NCBI GenBank assembly: GCA_030668825.1
Contig: DAOVET010000030.1
Coordinates: forward strand, 1 to 29,943
Length of the DNA: 29,943 nucleotides
Reading direction: 5' to 3'
Source: Candidatus Heimdallarchaeota archaeon
GTDB taxonomy: Archaea > Asgardarchaeota > Heimdallarchaeia > Heimdallarchaeales > Heimdallarchaeaceae
Shown: piece by piece, positions 18,056 through 26,885 of the stretch
Layout of the letters: the number at the start of each line of letters is the position of its first letter
How positions within the stretch are numbered: the stretch's first letter is position 1
Notes under the pieces: model-generated
Databases searched by the model: none
What the model saw: the letters and a program-made list of their open reading frames with translations, nothing else
What the model was told of the DNA's origin: nothing
Made by a program: the position numbers and the translations under genes

Positions 18056-19336
18056 ATGAGCAAATCAAAAACTCTCATTCTTTTTTTTATTACTCTTTCA
18101 TTAACTATGACATTACTAAATCATACAAATGGATTGTATGCCACTGATGACATAACAACAAAAGCTGTAGATAAAAGTTATAGTCTTAAAGTTAGTTCTT
18201 CCTATAACAACAGTGAGTATTTCATTCTTATCGAAGGAGCAGTATTCGAATTTAGTATTTCTGTTCAGGAATGGGGAAGTATTATACAAGGCCCCTACAA
18301 CGGTCTAATGATACAATTAGTCTTAGACCAGAGTGAAACCATTTACGATAGTTGGCTAATCAATCATGGTGATACAGGAATACATCATTTTACAACTGGA
18401 GTGGAAATTTACGAGATTATTAGAGTTAGAGTAAGTTCTCTTTATGTTGAAGAATGTTTATTTAATTTCACTGTATCAGATGTTTATCCTATCTGGGCAT
18501 ATTCCTTGAATCTTAATTTAGAACCTCAATTTTTCTTTGGAGTAGAGAGATTTGCAGAATATTACTATAGAATTGACAAATTAGTTACTATATTAGACAG
18601 CAAATACCTTGAAACAGCTAATTACACACTAAATCTTCTTAATAGAAATCAGACGACAATCAAATCAGAAACTGATAATTTCGCAATAAGTGACGTATCA
18701 GAGTTAAATTTAGAGATAGCTGAAGGGGTATTTGAAGGGGATTGGTATGAAATAATCTTTAATTTTAATGATTATAATGCTGAGAATGATATTCTAATTA
18801 GTTTGTTTTATGATCATATTCAAACTGAAAATATCGCAAGGTTATTTATTAATACAGGAGAAAAAAATCTTGATGAGATTCCCATTGATAAAAAATATTC
18901 AGATTTAGCTTTTCAGTGGAAAATCATAAATGATTCTATCGATACTAATACAACACGATTTATCATAGGTAATCCAATTTACGTATTATGCTCAATTTTA
19001 TATCTTGCTGGTGTTTTCATTGCTTTCAAATTCTTCCAGCGGAGAAAAAAGAACAAAGCAATAGATTACAATTTGAATAAGAATAAGGTTGAATATTCAC
19101 CTAAGCTTGTTTATGATGTTGATTTCCAGAAAAAAGACATTAACTATAATCTAGTTACAAGAGAAGCCATCACTGTAACCTGTTCCATATGTTTACAAAC
19201 TATTTCAAAGAAAAATACAATCATACGATGTCCTTCTTGTGATATAGCGTTTCATAAAAATCACCTATATCAATGGTTAGTTGGAAATGGAACTTGCCCA
19301 GCTTGCAATGCAAGACTAAAGATTCAAAAAGAATAA
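18056..19336 (+). CDS. Single-pass transmembrane protein with C-terminal RING finger (putative E3 ubiquitin ligase)
   Basis: Signal peptide, ectodomain of about 280 aa, TM (IYVLCSILYLAGVFIAFKFF) plus QRRKKNK, then C-x2-C-x12-C-x2-C-x4-H-x2-H-x3-W-x6-C-P-x-C at 19181-19306. Confidence 0.85.
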   Translation: MSKSKTLILFFITLSLTMTLLNHTNGLYATDDITTKAVDKSYSLKVSSSYNNSEYFILIEGAVFEFSISVQEWGSIIQGPYNGLMIQLVLDQSETIYDSWLINHGDTGIHHFTTGVEIYEIIRVRVSSLYVEECLFNFTVSDVYPIWAYSLNLNLEPQFFFGVERFAEYYYRIDKLVTILDSKYLETANYTLNLLNRNQTTIKSETDNFAISDVSELNLEIAEGVFEGDWYEIIFNFNDYNAENDILISLFYDHIQTENIARLFINTGEKNLDEIPIDKKYSDLAFQWKIINDSIDTNTTRFIIGNPIYVLCSILYLAGVFIAFKFFQRRKKNKAIDYNLNKNKVEYSPKLVYDVDFQKKDINYNLVTREAITVTCSICLQTISKKNTIIRCPSCDIAFHKNHLYQWLVGNGTCPACNARLKIQKE

Positions 19337-19458
19337 GTCCTATTCTGCCTATCTTTATCTAAACAAATTTTTTTTCCTATTCTTCTAGTGACATGTCCCA
19401 ATGTTAGTTTTTTTAAATGCATTCGAAAGTAACAAGTCAAAAGGAGTCTATTCTAAAA

Positions 19459-19692
19459 ATGACACAAGCAGCTTATATTCTTCTAAACGTCCAATCGGGC
19501 ATGTTAGAAAAAGTTCAAGAAGGTCTTAAACACATTGCAGAAGTTACAGAAGTATATGCAGTGTACGGTATCTATGATTTAATTGTAAAGATTGAATTCG
19601 GTACAATGGATGAATTAAAAAATCAAGTATTAAACCACAGTATAATTCTAGAAGGAGTAAAGAATTCAATGACAATGATTTGTGTCAATTAA
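19459..19692 (+). CDS. Stand-alone Lrp/AsnC ligand-binding (RAM) domain protein
   Basis: Motifs AYILLNV...EVTEVYAVYGIYDLIVKI...GVKNSMTMI with no HTH. AGGAG RBS upstream of ATG 19459 (the ORF track starts at 19417). Confidence 0.85.
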   Translation: MTQAAYILLNVQSGMLEKVQEGLKHIAEVTEVYAVYGIYDLIVKIEFGTMDELKNQVLNHSIILEGVKNSMTMICVN

Positions 19693-19695
19693 TCT

Positions 19696-20898
19696 CTAAT
19701 CCTTCGAATCTCTTGGTTTTGATAGTATATTCTCAATTCTCTCTACAAGAACAGTTGCAGGAATATCAAAAGTTGTTATTTTGGCTCGTCTTCCTCGTTT
19801 ACCCTCTTCAATTGGTCCTACGCTTTTACCAATAACACCCACTTTATCTAAGGTTTCTATAGCAGATCTAAAAGTCGATTTTCCTCTTGAATCTTCTTCA
19901 TATTCTTCACAGGCTAAAAGATAGCTTTCATAGCCTTCATCTACTGTTGTTGATGTAACACCTTTTAGCGAAAGTTTTTTCGCTACACCTAAAGCAGTTA
20001 ATAATTCATGATCTCTAAGTTCAGATAAAACATCTCTTCTTAGTTCTGGATAAACATCAGCTTTTGCAGCTCTGATATAATCCGGAACAATAAAGTTCTC
20101 TTGTTTTAAATCAGTCAATTTTCCAGATCTATAAAGAATTTCGAGACCATGTCTTGCATTCTGAGAAGAAGAACAAATATCTGCAATAAAATTCAATGTT
20201 TCATCAGAGTAAGAAGTTGGATAGAGTGCCATGCTAGCTCTATATTCAAGAATTTCCAGCAATTGATCCCTTGAATAACCAGGAACATCTAATTGATCAT
20301 GAATATGTCCAGACAGAGGTACATTTAGAAGAGATTTCCATTCAGTAGGTCTGGAAATTATTATTGTTGAAATCATGCTTTGCTCTGAACCGAAGTACTC
20401 ACCAGCATGGAAGATACTAAGGATGTCTTCAGAATTCAACATATTAGCTTCATCAAGAGCAATTATTAATCGAATATCTTCTTTTGTTAATCTTTTTACT
20501 AGCATATCTAGAATCTCTTCATCGCTAAAACCTCGAGATTGAATGTGGAAGTGTTCTGATAAGACATTACGTAAAATAGCTGTTTTACTTCTGAAAGAAT
20601 GACAATTATAATATAAGAATTTTACATTTATGTGTCTTGAATTTGCTGTACTTTCAAACCTTTTCATAGTATATTTACACAAATTAGTTTTTCCAATTCC
20701 AGCATTTCCCACTATTGCAACATTAACTGAAAATGAGCCTTCTCGTCCTAGAAGTGATCGGAAATTTCTTGCTAGTCTCTTGATCTCCTCTTCTCTTCTT
20801 GGAAGTTCTGGTGGAACATACTCTGGATAGAGAGTAGATTCATTTTTGAAAATGGATTTCCCAAACATTGCTTCTTCTACAAAATCAAAGCCAGACAT
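19696..20898 (-). CDS. cdc6: Cdc6/Orc1 replication initiation protein
   Basis: IFKNESTLYPEYVPPELPRREEEI, Walker A GNAGIGKT, YYNC, Walker B IIALDE, sensor-2 NAR and a C-terminal winged helix with GKRGR. Confidence 0.95.
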   Translation of the reverse strand: MSGFDFVEEAMFGKSIFKNESTLYPEYVPPELPRREEEIKRLARNFRSLLGREGSFSVNVAIVGNAGIGKTNLCKYTMKRFESTANSRHINVKFLYYNCHSFRSKTAILRNVLSEHFHIQSRGFSDEEILDMLVKRLTKEDIRLIIALDEANMLNSEDILSIFHAGEYFGSEQSMISTIIISRPTEWKSLLNVPLSGHIHDQLDVPGYSRDQLLEILEYRASMALYPTSYSDETLNFIADICSSSQNARHGLEILYRSGKLTDLKQENFIVPDYIRAAKADVYPELRRDVLSELRDHELLTALGVAKKLSLKGVTSTTVDEGYESYLLACEEYEEDSRGKSTFRSAIETLDKVGVIGKSVGPIEEGKRGRRAKITTFDIPATVLVERIENILSKPRDSKD

Positions 20899-21026
20899 AA
20901 TTTCTCCTCAACAGAGATATACTTTGTGACTTAAATAAAAAATCTTCCGCTTAGAAGAGACTAGTACCATATATAGTTTTATTAAAAGAAGAAACATAGT
21001 TTAGGATAGGTTAAGGGGTGAATTAA

Positions 21027-21470
21027 ATGGAAGAACATCAAGAGCAATCTGATGTGAAAGTTCACATAATTGATTATGATGATGTCCCTAGTCACCAATT
21101 TCCTTTCTTTGTTTCCTATAGAATGTTCTTTGATGAGCAAATTAAATGCTATGGGTTTTTCGTTGGAGATGAGTTAGTTGCTGTAACAGCTGTTATTCCC
21201 AATGAACCTGGATATGATGGTGGTTTTGTTTCTGTAGGATGTCCGATAATCTATGTTTTTGAAGTAAGAGAGGACATGAGAAGAAAAGGCATGGGTTACA
21301 AATGTGCTCAAGAACTGATAAACAATGTCATAGAAGAAGATACAATCCAGCTTTGCTGTTCACCTTTTGTACAACCATTCTGGTCAAAAGTAGGATTCGA
21401 AATTACGTTTTTCGATCAATCACTCTATATGAATAAAATGATTCTGAAAAAAGAAGAAAAGGAGAATTAA
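21027..21470 (+). CDS. GNAT-family N-acetyltransferase
   Basis: Acetyl-CoA motif A FEVREDMRRKGMG and motif B PFWSKVGF. GGGGTGA RBS. Confidence 0.82.
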   Translation: MEEHQEQSDVKVHIIDYDDVPSHQFPFFVSYRMFFDEQIKCYGFFVGDELVAVTAVIPNEPGYDGGFVSVGCPIIYVFEVREDMRRKGMGYKCAQELINNVIEEDTIQLCCSPFVQPFWSKVGFEITFFDQSLYMNKMILKKEEKEN

Positions 21471-21478
21471 GTTTTTTC

Positions 21479-23002
21479 TTATTTTTTAGGACCAGAAGAA
21501 ATTCTCTTTATAATCATACCTTCTAGTAGGTAAGGGTTAAGATTCATTGCTAAGTTGAGAGCTTCAGTCAATCTGCCTTCACTATTTGAGTAGACAGTCA
21601 TCAGTTTTTCATCTTGTTTGCAAAAATCACCAATCTTCTTATGAAGATAAACTCCAGCTTCTTTATGACTTGGTGCTCCAGCAGCTTTTGCTATTCTTTT
21701 TACAGCAGAATTTGATAATTTTACAATGTATCCGTCTTTAGGAGCTAGTACATCAGAAGTAAATTCACCAACAACTACTTCGTCTCCTGTAACTGTTGCA
21801 TTTCCCCCTTGAACGCCAATAATCTCTTCCATTTTAGCCTTGGTTTTGCCTTTCATAATATAATCAGCTGCTAGAGCAGCACCTTGAGCAGGTTGAGCAA
21901 GACCTGCTAATTCAAAGAGAATTCCTGCAAGCTCACTACTTTTTTCAAATACACTTGTTGGTCCTTTACCCTCAATAACATCAAGAGCTTCTCTCGCTTC
22001 AAGAGCTGGACCTACAGCTTTTCCAAGAGGTTGTTCCCCATAGCTTAAAGCTGCTTCAATTTGAATTCCAAGTCTTCTACCTAACTCTGTAGCCTCATGG
22101 GCATAATCGATCGCATCTTCTTTTGTAGGCATTTTGGTTCCTATGCCTGTAGGTATATCAAGAACCATATGATCTACACCAGTAGAAACTTTTTTACTAA
22201 AAATACTAGCAAGCATCTGACTGTGAGGATCTATCCCTAATGGCTGCTCGACTTTATGAATTACAATTTCATCTAAAGGTGACAAATCTAGTGTTCCACC
22301 CCAAACTAACATCCCTCTTGTTTTAGGTGCAATCTCTAAGATCTCATCTGCTGTAAAGTTTACATCACAAAGTACTTCCATTGTATCAGCGGTTCCAGAA
22401 GGGCTTGTTATTGCCCTGGAACTTGTTTTGGGTATAAGTAAACCTGCTGCTGCTACAGTTGGTACAATTACAAGACTCACTTTATTTCCTGGAATACCAC
22501 CAATTGAATGTTTGTCATAAACTGGTTCTTCAAAATTAAGTGTAGTACCATATTCAGCCATAAAGGTTGTAAGATATTGAATTTCATCCATATTCAAACC
22601 GAGATAATATTGAGCGAGGGTAAACATGGATATTTCTAAGTCAGTATAGTGCCCACTACATATATCATTAACAATTGAACGTATTTCTCCCTCTTTCCAG
22701 ACACTTCCATGCCTCTTATTCTTAACATGTTCAATCGATGTAGGTCTTCGGCGAACAAAAACATTCACTTTTTTGTTTGATCCCACATTTAACAGCTCAA
22801 GTGTTTCACTTTTTAATCCAACAAAACCTGGTTCAATCAGTTCTTCAGTGGCAATCACTTCGCACATAATTTCTCCGTTATCACTTTTAACTTTAACATT
22901 TGCAGAATGCTTTATTTTTAAATCATTAAGCGTTTCTGCATTTAGGAGAGCAAAATCTCTCTCTACTTTTAAATCAACTTTTTTAGTTTTTAATGTAGTC
23001 AT
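21479..23002 (-). CDS. deoA: AMP/NMP phosphorylase (archaeal thymidine phosphorylase family)
   Basis: DKHSIGGIPGNK, IPKTSSRAITSPSGTADTMEVL and GPALEA, with the N-terminal extension typical of AMP phosphorylase. Likely start ATG 23002. Confidence 0.93.
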   Translation of the reverse strand: MTTLKTKKVDLKVERDFALLNAETLNDLKIKHSANVKVKSDNGEIMCEVIATEELIEPGFVGLKSETLELLNVGSNKKVNVFVRRRPTSIEHVKNKRHGSVWKEGEIRSIVNDICSGHYTDLEISMFTLAQYYLGLNMDEIQYLTTFMAEYGTTLNFEEPVYDKHSIGGIPGNKVSLVIVPTVAAAGLLIPKTSSRAITSPSGTADTMEVLCDVNFTADEILEIAPKTRGMLVWGGTLDLSPLDEIVIHKVEQPLGIDPHSQMLASIFSKKVSTGVDHMVLDIPTGIGTKMPTKEDAIDYAHEATELGRRLGIQIEAALSYGEQPLGKAVGPALEAREALDVIEGKGPTSVFEKSSELAGILFELAGLAQPAQGAALAADYIMKGKTKAKMEEIIGVQGGNATVTGDEVVVGEFTSDVLAPKDGYIVKLSNSAVKRIAKAAGAPSHKEAGVYLHKKIGDFCKQDEKLMTVYSNSEGRLTEALNLAMNLNPYLLEGMIIKRISSGPKK

Positions 23003-23165
23003 TAAAATCAACTCATGGTTATTTTACATTAAAATTCCATTATTTTTCTTTCGGAAGAAAAAAACTGTTAAAGAAACATATAACATTTTCGTTATCGGGT
23101 AAAATTGGACAAAAATGTGCTATTAACAATTTGAAAAGACAAATTAAAAGAAAAGAAAAGAAAAT

Positions 23166-24140
23166 TTATTTCTTTTGAGCTATCTTTCTTGCTTCCAAAT
23201 AGAGTTTGAACCTTTGGAAAGCACGTAACCTGATTGCTACAATTAATCCAACTATAACCAAAAGTATGGGAATCCACACTACCCAAGTTGTAATAGTATA
23301 CGGCAGCCCCCATCCATGAAGTCGAATTAAAGTCATGTTAACACCAGCTAAGTGTCCAGTACCATTTATGAATGAAGCATTGTAGTACATTGTATTAGCC
23401 AAACCCGTCGCTTTGTCATAAGTTATCTCAATTTGAGTTACATTATTTGTCTCAGTGGTAATTGTGTTAGTATATACTACTGTATCATCTAGCACAGTCC
23501 ATAGTGTTGTATTAATATAAGGTGATCTAGTTAAATAATCAGAGAAACTTGTTTCATTAAAGAAGAATGTTTTATTATAATGAGTTACTGCAAAATCAGT
23601 AAAGTTGTAATTAGCTTCATAGTAGTCTAAAAACGCTGATGAATTATAATAATCATCAGTGAAGTTATCCCAGTGATCAATTCCAATTGGTTGAACAAAC
23701 TTGAAAACAGCTCGACCATGGATAGCATCATTACCATATCGTGCCATTACATCGTTGACATAAATCTGGCACCAAGCATGTGGATGATTTAATTGTAGAG
23801 ATGGATCAGTACCAATGATGATGATTATTTTATCTCCTTCCTTTAATTTCTTATCACCTTCTGCAAGATGGAAATTATCTGTTCTTTCTAATGTTTCTAC
23901 TTTCCATTTGAATCTCCTGTCTCCTTTAATATCTTCATGATATTCATACTGATATAATTGTGACATATTGACAACTCCAGGAGCATTAATCGATTGTGTA
24001 ATATCATCCTTCAATTCATACTCGTTATTCTGAATATGATCATATAGAGCTGAAGCAGTCCACATATTGATAGAAGAAGAACTTAGAATTATGAGAACAG
24101 TGAATAAACCTACGAGTCTGCTCAATTTCATAAATATCAC
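23166..24140 (-). CDS. Hypothetical secreted, membrane-anchored glycoprotein
   Basis: Signal peptide, dense N-x-S/T sequons, C-terminal TM and basic tail. Confidence 0.72.
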   Translation of the reverse strand: MIFMKLSRLVGLFTVLIILSSSSINMWTASALYDHIQNNEYELKDDITQSINAPGVVNMSQLYQYEYHEDIKGDRRFKWKVETLERTDNFHLAEGDKKLKEGDKIIIIIGTDPSLQLNHPHAWCQIYVNDVMARYGNDAIHGRAVFKFVQPIGIDHWDNFTDDYYNSSAFLDYYEANYNFTDFAVTHYNKTFFFNETSFSDYLTRSPYINTTLWTVLDDTVVYTNTITTETNNVTQIEITYDKATGLANTMYYNASFINGTGHLAGVNMTLIRLHGWGLPYTITTWVVWIPILLVIVGLIVAIRLRAFQRFKLYLEARKIAQKK

Positions 24141-24232
24141 TTTATCTTCTAGTATATTTGTTTTATCGTTGAATAAGACACATTATTAACTTTATTGGTT
24201 AATCCTACAGAGAGAACTATTAGAGAAAATAA

Positions 24233-24952
24233 TCAGGGTTTAACTGTGAAGTATAATCGCTTCTTATCCTTCCCTCTATTTTCAGTTTTCAAAGGAACAA
24301 ATGAACCTATTTCCTTCGTACTGTTAACATGAACTCCTCCATCAGCTTGGCGATCAATATTTTCTATATCTACTATTCGTAAAATCTTCACATTCTCAGG
24401 AATGAGATTAACTTTTGTTCTAATTAAGTCTGGGTCTTTCAGAGCTTCTTCTCGTTCTAAGAAAGATACAGATACTTTATGATCACCCTCTATTATCTTC
24501 TTCACAGTAGTTTCAATTTCTTGAATTCGTTCTTGTCTTAAATGATCAATATCAAAATCTACTCTACTCTTCTCAGGAGTAATATTACCTCCTGTAACAG
24601 TAGTACCATATTTTTTGTACAGAATGCTAGAAATTGTGTGTAAAACTGTATGTAACCTCATCTGTTTGTACCTTCTCTCCCAATCTAAAATACCCTTTAC
24701 TGATGTTCCGCTATATTTGCTATCAGGATTTGATGAAAGCTTGTGATAAATCTTCCCACCTTTGGAAGTAACTTCAATAACATCCAGTTGCTTTCCATCA
24801 TCAAATGATAAAGTTCCAAGATCTGAAGCTAAACCCCCTCCTTTTGGAGCAAAGGCTGTTTTATCTAATATTACTGAATCCTCGATGATTTCAATGATTT
24901 TTGCTTCAAATTCTTTTAGATAAGAATCTCGTTGGAAAAGTAGTTCTGTCAT
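24233..24952 (-). CDS. alaXM: Alanyl-tRNA editing protein AlaX-M
   Basis: LDKTAFAPKGGG, DWERRYKQMRLHTVLH (HxxxH), QADGGVHVNSTKEIG. Confidence 0.92.
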   Translation of the reverse strand: MTELLFQRDSYLKEFEAKIIEIIEDSVILDKTAFAPKGGGLASDLGTLSFDDGKQLDVIEVTSKGGKIYHKLSSNPDSKYSGTSVKGILDWERRYKQMRLHTVLHTISSILYKKYGTTVTGGNITPEKSRVDFDIDHLRQERIQEIETTVKKIIEGDHKVSVSFLEREEALKDPDLIRTKVNLIPENVKILRIVDIENIDRQADGGVHVNSTKEIGSFVPLKTENRGKDKKRLYFTVKP

Positions 24953-25006
24953 GAATCTAATAAAATACAGAGAAATTAAAAATGTTATGACTGGGAATTT
25001 AAAGAT

Positions 25007-26773
25007 TTAATCTTCAATTACTGAAACTTTGGTCATTGTATCTACATCTATCAATCCATGATCTGTAATTTTTAAGTGTGGAATTACTGGTAAAGATACG
25101 AATGCAAGTGCCATAAATGGCTCAGAAATTGTTGTTTTCAAATCCTCTAAAGATTCGTGTAATTGTTGAGTCTTTGAAACAACTTCCTGAAAAGGCTTGG
25201 TACTCATTATTCCAGCAAATTCTAGAGGAAGAATAGTGATTTTTTCCTTAAAGACAACCACTTGTCCACCCTTTGATTCTTTAATAGCTTCAATAGCTCT
25301 CAACATAGATGAATAGTCTGTTCCCACACATATTAATTGATGACTATCATGTGCAACAGTACTAGCTATAGCACCTTCTTTAATCCCCAATCCTTTAACA
25401 TAACCTTTACCGATTTTTTGCTCAGCAGAGTGTCTGTTTATAACAACAATTGGTAGAATGTCATTTTCTAAGTCAGGAAGAATTGCACCATTTTCAACTT
25501 TCAAAGTGTGCTTTGTATGGTCTGTTATTAGGGAGTGTTCATTTAAAGAAATTACTCTCACATTAACAGTTTCTACATCTGCTATTTTTAGTTTTAAATC
25601 GTCAATTTCTGGAACTTGAAGTTTTGTTAGCGTGTCTAGAATGAAATTTGGGTAACTGGGTTTTTCAAGATCATAATTAATTCTTCCAGCTTCTACCACA
25701 ATTTTTCCAGCAATTAGTACTAGTTCAACATTGAATTCTTGTAAATTATCTACCACAATAAGGTCTGCATTCTTTCCAGGTCCTAAACTGCCAATTTCAT
25801 CATCTACTTTAAGATGATTAGCAGGATTTATTGTTAGCATTTGAATAGCTTCCAGGGGGTCAATTCCCGTATTAATGAGTAGGCGATATGTATAATCAAG
25901 ATGACCTTTTTGTAGTAAATCTATTGGATTTCTATCATCAGACGAAATTAGAATATTTCGAGTATCTATTTCATAATCTTTCAATTCAGAGATTATATTA
26001 ACCAAATCTTTGGCAAATGAACCCTCTCTTATTTGAAGTTTCATTCCCAGCCGAAGTTTTTCTAAAGCTTCATCGATTGATGATGCTTCATGATCTGAAC
26101 ATATTCCAGATGCTATGTAAGCTTGAAGTTCCTTTCCTGAAAGCAGAGGAGCGTGACCTTCTATCATTTTATTAGTTTTTTTAGCTGCTTCAATTTTACT
26201 AATAACTTCATCAAAACCAAGATAAACTCCAGGATAATTCATCATTTCAGCTAAAGCAAAAATCTCATCTCTACTCATTAATTCTTCAATATCCTTTGCG
26301 GTTATTTCACTACCAGAAGTTTCAAATCCAGGAAGAGATGGCACACAAGAAGGAGCTTCAACAAAATACCTGATTTTCTGCTGTTTAACTTCATCCAGCA
26401 AAACATTTAATCCTTTTACTCCTGCAACATTTGCTATTTCATGAGGATCTATAACAGCAGCTGTTGTTCCATGAGTTATTACCAGTTTAGTAAATTCAGT
26501 TAAAGTTAACATCGAAGATTCTATATGTATGTGTGATTCTATCAAACCAGGACAAACGATTTTCCCATTTACATCTATAATGTTTGTATTCTCGTCCTCA
26601 AATTCATCAGTTTGAAGACCTACATGAACAATTTTCCCTCTCGTGACAACGATATCTCCTTCTAGAAGTTCTCTAGTAAACACATTAACATATTTTCCTC
26701 CGCGTAAGATTATATCAGCCTTTGTTCTAGCCATAGCACCATCAATTATTTCCTTAGTTTTCATTGCGAACAT
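25007..26773 (-). CDS. ade: Adenine deaminase
   Basis: HIHIESSM, DPHEIANV, PSCVP, LAEMMNYPGV, SDHE, ASTVAHDSH and LPVIPHLKITD. Confidence 0.95.
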   Translation of the reverse strand: MFAMKTKEIIDGAMARTKADIILRGGKYVNVFTRELLEGDIVVTRGKIVHVGLQTDEFEDENTNIIDVNGKIVCPGLIESHIHIESSMLTLTEFTKLVITHGTTAAVIDPHEIANVAGVKGLNVLLDEVKQQKIRYFVEAPSCVPSLPGFETSGSEITAKDIEELMSRDEIFALAEMMNYPGVYLGFDEVISKIEAAKKTNKMIEGHAPLLSGKELQAYIASGICSDHEASSIDEALEKLRLGMKLQIREGSFAKDLVNIISELKDYEIDTRNILISSDDRNPIDLLQKGHLDYTYRLLINTGIDPLEAIQMLTINPANHLKVDDEIGSLGPGKNADLIVVDNLQEFNVELVLIAGKIVVEAGRINYDLEKPSYPNFILDTLTKLQVPEIDDLKLKIADVETVNVRVISLNEHSLITDHTKHTLKVENGAILPDLENDILPIVVINRHSAEQKIGKGYVKGLGIKEGAIASTVAHDSHQLICVGTDYSSMLRAIEAIKESKGGQVVVFKEKITILPLEFAGIMSTKPFQEVVSKTQQLHESLEDLKTTISEPFMALAFVSLPVIPHLKITDHGLIDVDTMTKVSVIED

Positions 26774-26885
26774 TCTTTTATTTCTCCTCCTCCATTATAA
26801 ATTTTCAGAATTCTATCTATCAGATCATAGATTTAATTTCCCCAAAAGGTTTTTTACACTAGTATTTAATTTTGAAATGAGCTAA

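Noticed and set aside
13290-19420. Integrated element at the tRNA 3' end
   Set aside because: No integrase is present, and I found no direct repeat of the tRNA 3' end elsewhere in the window by eye. Composition looks like the flanks.
20899-21026. Replication origin next to cdc6
   Set aside because: The intergenic region is only 128 bp and shows no recognisable ORB/mini-ORB repeats (TTCCAGTGGAAAC-like plus G-string). The downstream gap is 3 bp.
24325-24350. Asp instead of Cys in the AlaX zinc motif (QADGGVH)
   Set aside because: To my knowledge the DGG variant is common among archaeal AlaX-M proteins, so it is not evidence of novelty or inactivation.
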